Shown here piece by piece: positions 18,110 to 28,126 of a stretch of DNA of 64,000 nt. The notes under the pieces were generated by a model. That model had not been told where the DNA came from and did no database searches. It saw only the letters and a list, made by a program, of their open reading frames with translations. Source of the DNA: an uncultured archaeon (lineage in GTDB: Archaea > Thermoproteota > Nitrososphaeria > Nitrososphaerales > Gagatemarchaeaceae); the NCBI GenBank assembly GCA_963817525.1, contig CAWFOU010000001.1, positions 704,001-768,000 on the forward strand, written 5' to 3'. Position numbers and translations under genes: made by a program. Every line of letters begins with the position of its first letter. The stretch's first letter is position 1.

Positions 18110-19285
18110 TCACCCTATCTCATTATTCTGGCATGGCCCGGAGATGGTTTGGAGCTGTCCGGAGATGCTCACGGGGAAATACGCGGCGATGGCATAAAGA
18201 CCCTGCTGGCTTCCGGAGACCTCAGCGTAGAGGGTCGGGTCGATTGCCGTGAAGCTTGCGATGGGACCCGAAATCAGCATCGAGAAGCTGTACGTGGCGT
18301 TCGAGTAGGTGCCCAGCTGAATCGCCGGGGCGTCGACCTGCATGAAATTGCTGGGCAGCTTCTGGAACGTCGTGGTTGTCATGTCGTTCACTGCGGCCTG
18401 ATTATTGGGATACCAGGAGCAGGAGTCGTTCGCGGGGAGGGTGGTCAGGTCGGGATTGGCATCGAAGGCCCTCACGATGCTCTCGTTCAACGACAACCCC
18501 GCAGTGAGGGGATGGCTGAAGCTCTGGAGGCTCATCCTGAAAGTGACGTTCTCGGCTCCCTGGGAGGTTGGGAAAGCAGATACGGATACGCCCGTGATGT
18601 TGATCGTCGGGTTGAAGCTCGACTCGGTCTCGAGGTACGTGATGCTCGCTCCCGTATATCCGACGATCTGGGCATCAAGGGAATTGGCGGGACAGCCAAA
18701 GCGCACGCCGAATAGTCCCGGGAAGTCCGTGGAGTTGACCTGGGAAGTCCCGTAGCCGACCGCTAGCGGGACCGGGATGCACATCTGCAGTAGGGAAAGC
18801 CCGTAGAACCCTACCGAGTCCTGTCCAGCCGCAACCGTGTATTCCACCACTGCACGCTGTCCGTTGGCTATCGAGACGCTCGCGGGCAAGGCGTTGATAT
18901 TGACGTTCTGAGTCGGCTGCATTTGCCCGTTGGATTCCCAGGCATTGATAGAGTTGTAGACTGACCCCGAGTAGCTTGATCCCCCGTAGCTGACGCAAAG
19001 AGCCATCGAAGAGTTGGGGCTCATTACGAGCGCCGGGAACGCGACATCCGTGATTTCGGTCCCGTTCGAGAGAGTCGTTCGGTTCGTAATTTGAGAAGGA
19101 TAGGCCTGCGCGCAGGGCGTTGGCGAAGTCGTGGTGGACTGACTCGCCGAAACGGAGGTGCTCGTCCTCGGCGACGCTGAATTCGTCCTTAGGTATTGAG
19201 CCCCGACGAGGCTTGCTCCTATCACCACCAGGAGAACTATGGAAGCCGCGAGCTTGGCATGACTGTGCGACTCTTGGTTCTCCAT
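18110..19285 (-). CDS. N-anchored surface glycoprotein (module A)
   Basis: TM, S/T linker, many NxS/T sequons; similar to 40389-41156. Confidence 0.8.
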   Translation of the reverse strand: MENQESHSHAKLAASIVLLVVIGASLVGAQYLRTNSASPRTSTSVSASQSTTTSPTPCAQAYPSQITNRTTLSNGTEITDVAFPALVMSPNSSMALCVSYGGSSYSGSVYNSINAWESNGQMQPTQNVNINALPASVSIANGQRAVVEYTVAAGQDSVGFYGLSLLQMCIPVPLAVGYGTSQVNSTDFPGLFGVRFGCPANSLDAQIVGYTGASITYLETESSFNPTINITGVSVSAFPTSQGAENVTFRMSLQSFSHPLTAGLSLNESIVRAFDANPDLTTLPANDSCSWYPNNQAAVNDMTTTTFQKLPSNFMQVDAPAIQLGTYSNATYSFSMLISGPIASFTAIDPTLYAEVSGSQQGLYAIAAYFPVSISGQLQTISGPCQNNEIG

Positions 19286-19323
19286 GCTGGCAAGACTTCC
19301 TTGCTGATTCGCTCGGGTTTCTG

Positions 19324-19343
19324 ATTAATAGTTTTGTCCGAAC
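19324..19343 (-). repeat. 20-bp motif GTTCGGACAAAACTATTAAT, copy 1
   Basis: Identical at 25706-25725 and 25868-25887; degenerate at 19869-19888 (+) and 29367-29386 (-). Confidence 0.9.
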
Positions 19344-19348
19344 GGCCT

Positions 19349-19825
19349 TCAAAACCTGCCGTAGTCAGCCGATGTTACATTGGCGAAAGAAAGGTATTGT
19401 ATCGTTCCGTTCCCAACATAGACGTCTGCCTCGATTTGGCCGCTTCCGTTCGGAGAGAAGAATATGATGCGCTCGGTCGGAGCGATGTTGGCGCCCCATG
19501 TATACCCGAAGCTCCTGCTTTGGTCCACGTGATAAGTCAGTCCATCAGCCAACTCTTGGAATTGCGCCGAGCTCTCGACCGCCTGAACCATCGAGTTGCC
19601 GATGCTGGCTACCTGAGAACCTCCGGGGAACCCGGGAGGAGCGGGAGGTGGGGCATCTGAGGAGACTTGACCCGTCTGAGAGGACTCGTTCGCACCGGCA
19701 TGCGTCGATGAGGCAGACTGAGTGGCTCCTGCCGCGGTTCCAATCGATGTCAGACTCGACAGCATGAGCGCGAGCACGACCGACGCGATCGTACCGCTGG
19801 TTCCTACAGGCCTGCCGCGTCTCAT
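19349..19825 (-). CDS. Secreted protein, partner of membrane wHTH regulator
   Basis: Signal peptide; MVQAVESSAQFQELA resembles LLKVAETSSQYQAFA of 28127-28942. Confidence 0.7.
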   Translation of the reverse strand: MRRGRPVGTSGTIASVVLALMLSSLTSIGTAAGATQSASSTHAGANESSQTGQVSSDAPPPAPPGFPGGSQVASIGNSMVQAVESSAQFQELADGLTYHVDQSRSFGYTWGANIAPTERIIFFSPNGSGQIEADVYVGNGTIQYLSFANVTSADYGRF

Positions 19826-19912
19826 AGTGGCGAACCGGCACGAATTCTATTTGAAGGATTGCCATAGCAATCGGACAAAAGTATTTAACAGAAATCGCGG
19901 CTTTAGGAAAGG

Positions 19913-20596
19913 TTGTCCAAGTTCGCGGTCATATTCGCAGTGGCGCTGGGCTTGGCGATTGTGAGCACGGCGTTCGCCGGAGTGCAACTTACCTCCTCTC
20001 CCAATCCGACAGTGCAATCCAGTCTCACTACGACATCCACCACGGCCTCCAACGGAAGCGCGCTGACCGAGGCGGGGGGCGTCACCTTCGGCTTCGGGGC
20101 GAGCTCGAGTTACAATCTGCCCTCGGGGAACTCGGGGCATCCAAGCTCGGTTTTGGGGGTGGTCGTTCAGTTCTTCCAAGACCGTTCTCTGGCTCTCGCC
20201 CCGGGCGGCTGGATTTTCGTAGGAGGTCTGTGGATCTGGCGGGGCAGGATGAAGTCAAGGTGGGAGGCACTCGGCTTCGACTCGGAAGTATTCGAGCTCT
20301 TCGTGAGGATGAGGGGCGGGAAGACGAGGGTGAAGCTCCTCAACTCACTGCTGATACCGAAGGACAGGTTCCAGCTCGCGCAGGAGCTCGGGCTGGACTG
20401 GAAGGCCGTCGACAGGCACATCATGATGCTGGACAAGTTCGGGTTCGTGCGCGAGCAGACTGCGTACGGGCGAGTTAGGATCTACGAACTGACCTCGTCC
20501 GGGAAGATGCTTTTGCAGCTCTTCCAGAGCCTCAACGACGAGGAGAGCGCCGAGAATATTGTTAGAGTTGCCGAGCTTCATCATTCAGAGGCTTAG
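19913..20596 (+). CDS. Membrane-tethered wHTH (ArsR-like) regulator
   Basis: Signal/TM, S/T-rich external part, TM, then MRGGKTRVKLL...LAQELGLDWKAVDRHIMML...YELTSSG. Confidence 0.85.
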   Translation: MSKFAVIFAVALGLAIVSTAFAGVQLTSSPNPTVQSSLTTTSTTASNGSALTEAGGVTFGFGASSSYNLPSGNSGHPSSVLGVVVQFFQDRSLALAPGGWIFVGGLWIWRGRMKSRWEALGFDSEVFELFVRMRGGKTRVKLLNSLLIPKDRFQLAQELGLDWKAVDRHIMMLDKFGFVREQTAYGRVRIYELTSSGKMLLQLFQSLNDEESAENIVRVAELHHSEA

Positions 20597-20675
20597 AAAT
20601 GCTGGTCCAGGACTAGCTCGCGAGCTCGGAGCTGTGGCTGTTGCGGTGCTACCATCCTGAAATCTTGGGACGAAG

Positions 20676-20963
20676 TTGAAATCGCGCAAACATGAGATGA
20701 TAGTTTGGGATTCAAAAGGGCCAGTCCCGATAGCCAAGATAGTGGCGGCGATCAACAGGCTGGAGACACAGGTAGACCTCTACGAGATTGTTGGCGCGAA
20801 ATCGAGCGCGTTGGCTGTCATTCTCGTCCGGCACGGTCTGCTGAAGTCTGAAGAGAAGAGAAGGGCAGAAGCGTTGTCAATAGCGCGGAGGAAATTCCCA
20901 GCCGCGAAGGACGTAATTCTCCATCGTAACGATGACTGGAGTGTCTCGAAATCACAGTCTTAG
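20676..20963 (+). CDS. Hypothetical protein
   Basis: 95-aa ORF filling the gap; no motif recognised. Confidence 0.45.
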   Translation: MKSRKHEMIVWDSKGPVPIAKIVAAINRLETQVDLYEIVGAKSSALAVILVRHGLLKSEEKRRAEALSIARRKFPAAKDVILHRNDDWSVSKSQS

Positions 20964-20980
20964 GTTGATGCGGTGATTGA

Positions 20981-21394
20981 CTACACCGTGAATGGTGCAG
21001 CTGTGGTCGATGAGATTGCGTAACCCCCAGTGCTGACTACAAAGAAAGTCGCCGAATACTCTCCAGATGCCAGACCGAAAGCTATCGTGTAGGCTGTCCC
21101 ATTCGCACCTGCCGCGAGCTGGAGGACGCAAGTCGAGATCTGAACCGTTTGGCCCAGGGAATTGTGGACGACCATGAACACCACTCCGGTGACGGTCGCG
21201 TTGATCCCGTTGGCATACGTGGTCCCGAAAGAGGTATAGGGACCAAGCGGAGCATAGACCGGATCGCCCGTCTCGAACCAACAACCCGTGCTGCTGCACG
21301 CGCTGGTCGCGGCTGCCATCGTAGCTTGGAAAGGAATCGCAAGGAGAAATGCGAATAGGAATGCGATTGGAAGCGCTCCGACTCCTCTCTTCAA
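20981..21394 (-). CDS. Secreted beta-sandwich protein
   Basis: Signal peptide MKRGVG plus hydrophobic stretch; beta-rich body. Confidence 0.7.
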   Translation of the reverse strand: MKRGVGALPIAFLFAFLLAIPFQATMAAATSACSSTGCWFETGDPVYAPLGPYTSFGTTYANGINATVTGVVFMVVHNSLGQTVQISTCVLQLAAGANGTAYTIAFGLASGEYSATFFVVSTGGYAISSTTAAPFTV

Positions 21395-21530
21395 AGAAAT
21401 TAGACTCTTCCTAGAAATGCCGGTGGGTTTCGGACTCTTAAGATTTCTGGAACATTGGTCTCCTTTCCTCTCGTCCGGCGGAAGCGTTCCGGTGGGCGGC
21501 GCGAGGGGGGCCCGCGGTACGGCGAAGTGT

Positions 21531-22535
21531 TTAGTCCTTCAGTGGCTCGAGCGCGGCCATCGCGACGGGCGGCATCTTCTTGAACTCGTCCCACCGCTCC
21601 TGGGGCAGATTGAACAAGTCTGCGCCGAAGGCGAGGATTAGGTTCTGCCCGACGTCCGCGTGCCCCTTCGGGAAGTCCACTACGACGTGGAAGCTCAGCC
21701 CCGGGTCCTCGTGGAAGACGGTGACTGCGCTGAGCTCGCCTATCAGCTTTTCGGCCGAGTAGGGGGACCTTTTCATCTCCTCCTCGAGGGTCTCGACCAT
21801 CACCTTGTGGCCTCCTCTCGCGGAGTGGGTGGTGGCTCGGCCGGTCACACCCAGAGGCGGCAGGTCGTAGGACACGCCGTACGACTTCGCCAGCAGGTCG
21901 AGCTCCGGGCTCTTGAGGAAGCCGACGAGGTCTGGCAGCTCGGCGGCCGCCAACTGGGGGACCATGTAGTGCTCGGTCCTGTGGTACCTCGCAGAGACCG
22001 CGAGCCTCTTGTCGATGAGCGGCGGCGTCAGCGTCTCGCCGTACATCGCGTGGTGGCGGACGTGCTCCGGGAAGTAGCCGAGGGTGACCTCCCACCCGTC
22101 GTATTCCCTCCTGTAGACCTGGTCGCGGCCCGTCCACTCGGCGCTCGTCGCGGGACGGAGCCTGGCGTTGTCGGCTGCCCCGGCCACCAGCCGTTCCAGC
22201 CTGTCCAAGAGTATCATCCTCCTCATCATGGTGTCGACCTCGGCTTTGTTCGTCTCCAAGACGCCGAGCAGTACGTCCCTCACCTGCGCCTGCGAGAGGG
22301 ACTTCTCCTCCCCCGCCTCGGGGAATATCACCTCTATCAGCTTCTCCGTGATCACCGCGCGCCCCCTGGCGGGGTCCATGTACTCCTTCGAGCGGGCGAC
22401 CGCGGCGAGAGCCCTCCTCCTCGCCTCGTCCGTCTCCTCGCCCGCGGTAGGGCCGTAGAACGGGTCGAAGCCGTCCATGATCCCCCGCAGCGCCTCGACT
22501 ACGTTCACGTTTTCTCCCGCGCCTATCTTGAACAA
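21531..22535 (-). CDS. Hypothetical cytoplasmic protein ('gene X'), host-like codon usage
   Basis: 334-aa ORF with strong GC3 bias; 3' end duplicated at 25749-25819. Confidence 0.75.
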   Translation of the reverse strand: MFKIGAGENVNVVEALRGIMDGFDPFYGPTAGEETDEARRRALAAVARSKEYMDPARGRAVITEKLIEVIFPEAGEEKSLSQAQVRDVLLGVLETNKAEVDTMMRRMILLDRLERLVAGAADNARLRPATSAEWTGRDQVYRREYDGWEVTLGYFPEHVRHHAMYGETLTPPLIDKRLAVSARYHRTEHYMVPQLAAAELPDLVGFLKSPELDLLAKSYGVSYDLPPLGVTGRATTHSARGGHKVMVETLEEEMKRSPYSAEKLIGELSAVTVFHEDPGLSFHVVVDFPKGHADVGQNLILAFGADLFNLPQERWDEFKKMPPVAMAALEPLKD

Positions 22536-22722
22536 TTTATCTTTTGGAGCAAGTCTCTATTGGTCAGCCTTCCAATCCGTGACCCGGGCCCGGGTTTGCG
22601 GTCGGGGACGGAGCAACTAGTCGCTAGAGAGCGATGTAGGTCGCGTTCATGCCGTTCACGCTCACCGACGAGGCGACGTATCGGAAGAAGGAAGGTGGTC
22701 ATTCGGAAGCTCCACCATCAAG

Positions 22723-23949
22723 TCAGGCGGTAGCGACCACGACCGCGCTCGCTATTGCGGAGGACCCGTCATGGAAGGTGGCCACGAAGGTGACCACGTA
22801 CCTGTCCCCGACCACCGCGGGGATGAACGCATTTGGAATCGAACCCTTGTACATGTCCGCGAAGGTCGACAGGGTAGAAGCCGTCGCGACCGACCCGGTG
22901 CTGCAGGTCGTCTGGGTCCCGTTCAAGAAGCATCCTGGAGGGAGAGTGGTCGGGTTCAGGACCGTGCTTCCGTCGAAGGTCCCGTTGACGTACACGTCTA
23001 TCGTCACTGGGGTCGGGCCGTTTATGTTAAGCTGCCCGCTCAGGTAAGGGGACGGATAGACGCAGTTGGCGGCGCAGAGCGAGAGGCCGGACACGGAGAT
23101 TCCCGCGCTCGATGTGGCGCAAGCGATCCCTTCGGTCGCAGTCTGGGTCGTCGTGACGTTCACGAAGGTGGTCGTAATGGTCACCATGCACGCGGTCTCC
23201 GTGGCCCCTTGGGAGGTCGAGGTCGATTGAGAAGAAGCGCTCCCGGCCTGGAAGTGTTGGATCACCAGGTCGCCCCACTCGTCGCCGCTGACAACGGTGA
23301 ATACTCCGGAGGAGTTTGAGAACAGGGAGGGTTTGAGAAGCGCGGTCTCGCTCATGATTGCTTCCTGATTGGCGGTTTGGAAACCGGTGGCTATCCACTG
23401 CGCCCGGTCGCTCGTGGGGCTGAAGATGTAGTTGTTTGTGGAGTAAGTATAGAAGAGAGGCGGCGCGGTATTATTCGCGGCTATGATGTAGAGGAGGCAC
23501 TGGTTGAAGCCGAGGGGAGGTTGGAACACGGTGAAGACCAGGGGCGCTCCTTTCGAGAAGTTGCCCAGGTCGTAATAGCCCGCGAGCACCTCGGTCCTAA
23601 AGGGGTCATTCTGGGCGCAATTCATGCTGGGACCGGACTCGGACTCGTTGGTAAGCCGCCAGTCGTCGGCACCCGATACGTTATTGATCCTACCGAGGGT
23701 GTTATACAGATTCAAAGAAACCGTCAGGTTGCTCCCTCGCTCCAGGGTCGACGAGTTAAGGGACATCGTGAACTCGAGGCCGTTGCTGTTCAAGAGGCTC
23801 GCGGTCTGACTCGTGGATGTGCTCGAAGCCGCCTGACTTGGGCTGGTCGTGGGCTTTGTGCCCACCGGCGAGACTAGCAAAGCGTAACCGACGGCGGTCC
23901 CTATCACCACAACAAGGATAATCGAAGCCACAAGCCTGGCGTGACTCAC
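22723..23949 (-). CDS. N-anchored surface glycoprotein (module B plus Cys-rich domain)
   Basis: Leader SHARLVASI resembles SHAKLAASI of 18110-19285; NLYNTL...GDEWG...HF module. Confidence 0.8.
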   Translation of the reverse strand: MSHARLVASIILVVVIGTAVGYALLVSPVGTKPTTSPSQAASSTSTSQTASLLNSNGLEFTMSLNSSTLERGSNLTVSLNLYNTLGRINNVSGADDWRLTNESESGPSMNCAQNDPFRTEVLAGYYDLGNFSKGAPLVFTVFQPPLGFNQCLLYIIAANNTAPPLFYTYSTNNYIFSPTSDRAQWIATGFQTANQEAIMSETALLKPSLFSNSSGVFTVVSGDEWGDLVIQHFQAGSASSQSTSTSQGATETACMVTITTTFVNVTTTQTATEGIACATSSAGISVSGLSLCAANCVYPSPYLSGQLNINGPTPVTIDVYVNGTFDGSTVLNPTTLPPGCFLNGTQTTCSTGSVATASTLSTFADMYKGSIPNAFIPAVVGDRYVVTFVATFHDGSSAIASAVVVATA

Positions 23950-23973
23950 CGGAGATTGCTCGGTCGTTCGCCA

Positions 23974-25674
23974 TCACCCTATGGAGCTGGCTACGCCGAC
24001 TATCCGGAAGTAGAGGTCGCCGCGGATCAATTGATACGGTATCCCAGGGATTGTTGGGGCGCTTGAGCTGGTGGTGGCCGAGGAACTTGACTCGTTAGTC
24101 GTCGTGTAGGTTATGCAGCCGGTGGGCTGGACGTAGTTCGGCTGCCCGTCCCCTGAGACGAGCTGGCCGTAGTACCCGCACTGCTCGGGCTCTTGGGCGC
24201 CGAGCATCCATGTGTCAAGGCTACTCGAGGGAAGGAAGCCGAGCTGGTACGTGCCGCTCGCGCCCGCCTTGGCCGCCACCGCGTAGGCAACGACCGTCCC
24301 CTCGTTCTCGTCGTTCGGTCCTCCAATCGTCAACTGAGACTGGCTCACCGACACGGTGAAGTTGGACGCGCCGCTGAACGACCGGGGCGTGCCGACGCTG
24401 CCGTTGAAGACGTATTGGAGTGCCTGAATCGAGAGCGCTGCGGTGAGGTTGACGGTGAGCGGAGTAGCCGAATAGTAGTAGAGCTGGACGCAGATCAGGG
24501 CGGGCGAGCCCGTCCCGGCGATCACCGTCCCGAAGCCGGAGCCAGGGCTCGTGTCGGGGCACTGCTCTACGAGGGCGGAGTCGGTTGTGGACGCTCCCGA
24601 AGACGTATTCGACGTCGTGCCGTCTCGGAGATCGACGGCAAAGTGACCGACCGCGGTCTGCCCCCACGCGTCGAACACGACAAGCGTGTAGTTCCCCACC
24701 GGGAAGGTGTAGTTCTGGCCGGAGCCCGTCCAATAGCCGGCGAGCGTCGACATCTCGCTCACCGGCCCTGTCGTGGTCTGCCCGCCTGGAATCTGTTCGA
24801 CGGTCGCGTTGTCGCTGTTTGGGGCGAAAGAATACTGGAACGTGAAGACTTCTGGGCAGGTGTATATCAGGACGGGGTTGTAGAGCAGCAGCTCTGTCCC
24901 CTGCGTCAGGTTCGCCGCGGAATAGTCTCCCTGATAGACGTCGACTCCCGTCGCGAATCTCTGCTGGCAGGGGCCGTAGGCAGGGTTGGCCATCGACGTG
25001 GCGTTCACCTCGACCTCCGTCGGCAGCGTGTTGTAGACCTGTGCCGACACCGTGACGTTGCTGCCTTGGGCGACCACGGGACTGAAGGCGGCGGTCAGCT
25101 GCAGGCCGTCGATGTTGGTCCCTGTTACGACCCCTGGCTGGGCATCTACCTCGAAGAATATCGCAGTACAGGTAGCGACCCACTGCATGTGAACGTTGCC
25201 ATCAAACGCCGTTGCCGTTGACGGTGAGGGGACGCCCGGTGGATAAGGAGCAGGCGGCGCTGATCCGAACATGACCGTCTGGGTTTCGCTTCCCTGGGTG
25301 ATGTTGAAGACCAGATTATAGCCGAGATTCACCATAGGCGAGCCATTGGAAGTGTAGCCATATCCCGTGCCGTTGTACACCATCACGAACCGGTAGTCGC
25401 CTACTGTGAAGTTCGAAGGCATGGTCTGCAGGTTGAAGACTGCTGATTCGTTCGTTGAGGTTGTCGCAACCAGGGAATATGAAGCGCATGTGCTGGAGGC
25501 AGGACTTGGCGAGGAGCTTGAGGATGATACTGACGAGGTGTCCAATGACGTACCATGGGGCGGCGTGCTCGTTTGTAAGCTAAGGACCACGAACGCCATC
25601 GTAGCTACCACAAGGACGACGATGACGGCCACGACCACTATGGTCGTCCCGATTCCCCTCCGTGGCTGTGTCAT
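23974..25674 (-). CDS. N-anchored multi-domain surface glycoprotein (modules B and A)
   Basis: MTQPRRG|IG class III-like leader; VYNTL...DAWG...HF and PALICVQLYY modules. Confidence 0.8.
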   Translation of the reverse strand: MTQPRRGIGTTIVVVAVIVVLVVATMAFVVLSLQTSTPPHGTSLDTSSVSSSSSSPSPASSTCASYSLVATTSTNESAVFNLQTMPSNFTVGDYRFVMVYNGTGYGYTSNGSPMVNLGYNLVFNITQGSETQTVMFGSAPPAPYPPGVPSPSTATAFDGNVHMQWVATCTAIFFEVDAQPGVVTGTNIDGLQLTAAFSPVVAQGSNVTVSAQVYNTLPTEVEVNATSMANPAYGPCQQRFATGVDVYQGDYSAANLTQGTELLLYNPVLIYTCPEVFTFQYSFAPNSDNATVEQIPGGQTTTGPVSEMSTLAGYWTGSGQNYTFPVGNYTLVVFDAWGQTAVGHFAVDLRDGTTSNTSSGASTTDSALVEQCPDTSPGSGFGTVIAGTGSPALICVQLYYYSATPLTVNLTAALSIQALQYVFNGSVGTPRSFSGASNFTVSVSQSQLTIGGPNDENEGTVVAYAVAAKAGASGTYQLGFLPSSSLDTWMLGAQEPEQCGYYGQLVSGDGQPNYVQPTGCITYTTTNESSSSATTSSSAPTIPGIPYQLIRGDLYFRIVGVASSIG

Positions 25675-25705
25675 CCCAACTCGAAGCTTGCGACTGTGAT
25701 TCTTG

Positions 25706-25887
25706 ATTAATAGTTTTGTCCGAACGGGTGATGTCCTACTGGCGTTCTCTAGCCCTTCAGGGTTTCGAGCGCGGCCATGGCGACGGGTGGCACCTTCTTG
25801 GACTCGGGACACCTCTCCTTCGAGTGACCACTATTGCGATTCAGCGAACGCTGCGCGCTCGTTTTCAATTAATAGTTTTGTCCGAAC
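25706..25887 (-). repeat. 20-bp motif copies 2 and 3 bracketing a gene-X 3' remnant
   Basis: Exact copies at 25706-25725 and 25868-25887. Confidence 0.9.
25749..25819 (-). pseudogene. 3' remnant of gene X
   Basis: 58/71 nt identical, gap-free, to 21531-21601; KKVPPVAMAALETLKG* versus KKMPPVAMAALEPLKD*. Confidence 0.85.
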
Positions 25888-26004
25888 CGTTCGTGATGGC
25901 GGCCGAGGCAAGATGAACCCCTATGCACGGCCAGTCTTCGATACGATTTCCGCCGCCTTCCGAACCCGCTCTCACGGACTCGGCGAACGCAGAATCATGG
26001 AAGC

Positions 26005-26442
26005 CTACAACCGCTTCAATGTCTTACTCGCTTCATACATCGAGACTCCAATTGCAGCGACATTTACGATGATCGCAAAGAAGTAGAGCGAGTTTACGGT
26101 CGCGGGCCTCAGAAATACCAACAGGATGATGAGTGTAACTCCAAAAAAGGCCACATAGGCCATATGCACAGGGATCGAGATTCTCCTTATCCTGACGACG
26201 TTCTCGAGCGTAACTTTGTCGACCACGTAACCTCCCTGCTCTTCTTTGACGAGCCCGAGAAGCACCAGCTTTCTAAGATGATACTGGGCAACAGAGGGAG
26301 AGCTGAGAGTCACTCCCTTCTGAACTTCGCGGATGCCTACGGGGCCCCTTTGTTTCAGCATGTAGCGATAGACCTTGTACGACGTGCCAGATAGGCGAGT
26401 GTCGGAGCGTTCGTCGGCGTCGTTCGGTCCCTCGTCTGCCAA
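26005..26442 (-). CDS. wHTH regulator with two C-terminal TM helices
   Basis: LSGTSYKVYRYM...GIREVQ...SSPSVAQYHLRKL..LGLV followed by 2 TM. Confidence 0.85.
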   Translation of the reverse strand: MADEGPNDADERSDTRLSGTSYKVYRYMLKQRGPVGIREVQKGVTLSSPSVAQYHLRKLVLLGLVKEEQGGYVVDKVTLENVVRIRRISIPVHMAYVAFFGVTLIILLVFLRPATVNSLYFFAIIVNVAAIGVSMYEASKTLKRL

Positions 26443-26571
26443 GCTGAACTCCTAACCGTCCGCAAGTCTATTGAAGATATAATACTACATGTTAGTACGG
26501 TCGCGAACTCACGTCCTAAAGCGTAGTAATGTATAGCCTGCCAAGCGTGCATAGAGATAAGGTAAGTCGAA

Positions 26572-27234
26572 TTGGCGGAATACAAGAAGGAAATCACCGC
26601 TGCGGTGGCTGTGGCGGTGCTAGCAGCCCTTACGGTGGGCATACTGGCAATCACAGTGTTCCCGAATGGACTTGGTACGACCAGTACCAGTGCCACCACC
26701 CCTGGTGGCTTTGGCGCCCTCGGTATCTCGCCGTTGGCGGGGGAACTATCCGGGCGTGATGTCTCTTGCTCCCTCGCCGGCGGCGTCTGCACCCTGACGA
26801 TAGTGAATAACAGCACAACGCCTCTGGAGCTTGAGACATGTTATGTCCAAGGAATAACAAGTGTCAACGTGATTACTACCACGTACGCCGCAAGTACCGA
26901 ATCGACCACTACGACCTACATCGCTCTTCCAAACGGGACGACAGTAACCGTGACCTCCGTCCCGAGTAGCTCTGTCGCTGCAGCTTCGACGGTCACCGAG
27001 ACTGTTCCGCAATCCAACATTGTCAACGGGACGGTGGGCGGCCCGGCCACGGCGGGCATCCAAGCCAATTCCCAAGTCACCGCGACCTGCACGGTGCCTA
27101 CCACGCAGTTCGCACCTCAGACAGTTGGTTCCGTCGCCAGTGGGGGCTTCAGGGTGAAGCTCGTCAATTCCGCTGATGGCTCCCCTGCTGGCGCGACGAC
27201 CGTGGCTGGGTTCGAAGGCACATGGGGCCCGTAG
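26572..27234 (+). CDS. N-anchored secreted protein
   Basis: TM, T/S-rich, four Cys; divergent from the wHTH gene. Confidence 0.75.
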   Translation: MAEYKKEITAAVAVAVLAALTVGILAITVFPNGLGTTSTSATTPGGFGALGISPLAGELSGRDVSCSLAGGVCTLTIVNNSTTPLELETCYVQGITSVNVITTTYAASTESTTTTYIALPNGTTVTVTSVPSSSVAAASTVTETVPQSNIVNGTVGGPATAGIQANSQVTATCTVPTTQFAPQTVGSVASGGFRVKLVNSADGSPAGATTVAGFEGTWGP

Positions 27235-27440
27235 TAGACGCCCGATGAAAAGCCGTTCATACTATGCCTCCACGAAGTAGGAATCAGAAAGAAGACAGGG
27301 TTCTGCTCAACGGGCGGCTCACCCTTCTCAACTTGCCTCTGTTGGGGTAAGCGCATAGGTGAGCAGGGCAAGCCATTTCTGCTCTCCCCGGGCACCGATT
27401 CCCGCCATCACCCGCCGACGCAACAGCACCGTCAGAACGA

Positions 27441-28022
27441 CTACGGACTGGAATTGAGTTGCGGATTCTCAATTTCGCTCGGTATCCTTTCTCGAAGTTC
27501 TGTTATGAGTTTTAGCATTAGCCTGCCTTGCTCACTTAGCTTGTAGAGCTTCACAGACCCTGATTCCGCATAGAGCGTAATCAAACCAAAGCGCTTGAGC
27601 AAGTCAATTTCTCTGTCTACCTCTTTCCAGTCCAGGCCTGAAAGTTTAGAAAGTTCTGCCCTTTGTCTGGGCTCACCCAGATAGTTTAGAAGCGTCAACC
27701 TCGATTTCGCTCCTCTCATGTTGATCATCAGCTGGAACACATCTTTGTCAAAGCCCAGTTCTCTCCATTTGCGGCTGATGCCTTTCCTGAAGAAAGTCAC
27801 GCCGAAGATAGCCCAGCTGGACGCAGACAATGACAGGGAGTTTCTCCAAAAGGGGAGGAAGACGTTCTGCAGAAGGGTCGGTTGCTGAGGGTTGAATGCT
27901 CCCCAGGTCACGCCTAAAGGACCGCTGCCGGCCGTGGAAAACAGAGAGTAATCGAACGCAAGGATGGTCTCTAATGAAGCGAATGCGAAAAGAATCCAGA
28001 GAGCCAGGCGAAGCTTCTTCAA
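27441..28022 (-). CDS. Membrane-tethered wHTH regulator, paralog of 19913-20596
   Basis: KWRELGFDKDVFQLMINMRGAKSR...GLDWKEVDR versus RWEALGFDSEVFELFVRMRGGKTR...GLDWKAVDR; TTG start inferred from TATA position. Confidence 0.85.
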   Translation of the reverse strand: MKKLRLALWILFAFASLETILAFDYSLFSTAGSGPLGVTWGAFNPQQPTLLQNVFLPFWRNSLSLSASSWAIFGVTFFRKGISRKWRELGFDKDVFQLMINMRGAKSRLTLLNYLGEPRQRAELSKLSGLDWKEVDREIDLLKRFGLITLYAESGSVKLYKLSEQGRLMLKLITELRERIPSEIENPQLNSSP

Positions 28023-28126
28023 AAGAGCTGACTTTTGGACTCGTTTATTATATTTGAGCGTTTCCCAGATCTTTCTGGCAAACCAATACGTATTTTCGAG
28101 TTCCTCTGTAATAGACGACTCTCGCG

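Noticed and set aside
22582-22595. Perfect 14-bp palindrome ACCCGGGCCCGGGT
   Set aside because: Single GC-rich occurrence with no supporting context.
22617-22700. Possible C-terminal remnant of another surface protein (SFFRYVASSVSVNGMNATYIAL*)
   Set aside because: Too short and weak to support without a search.
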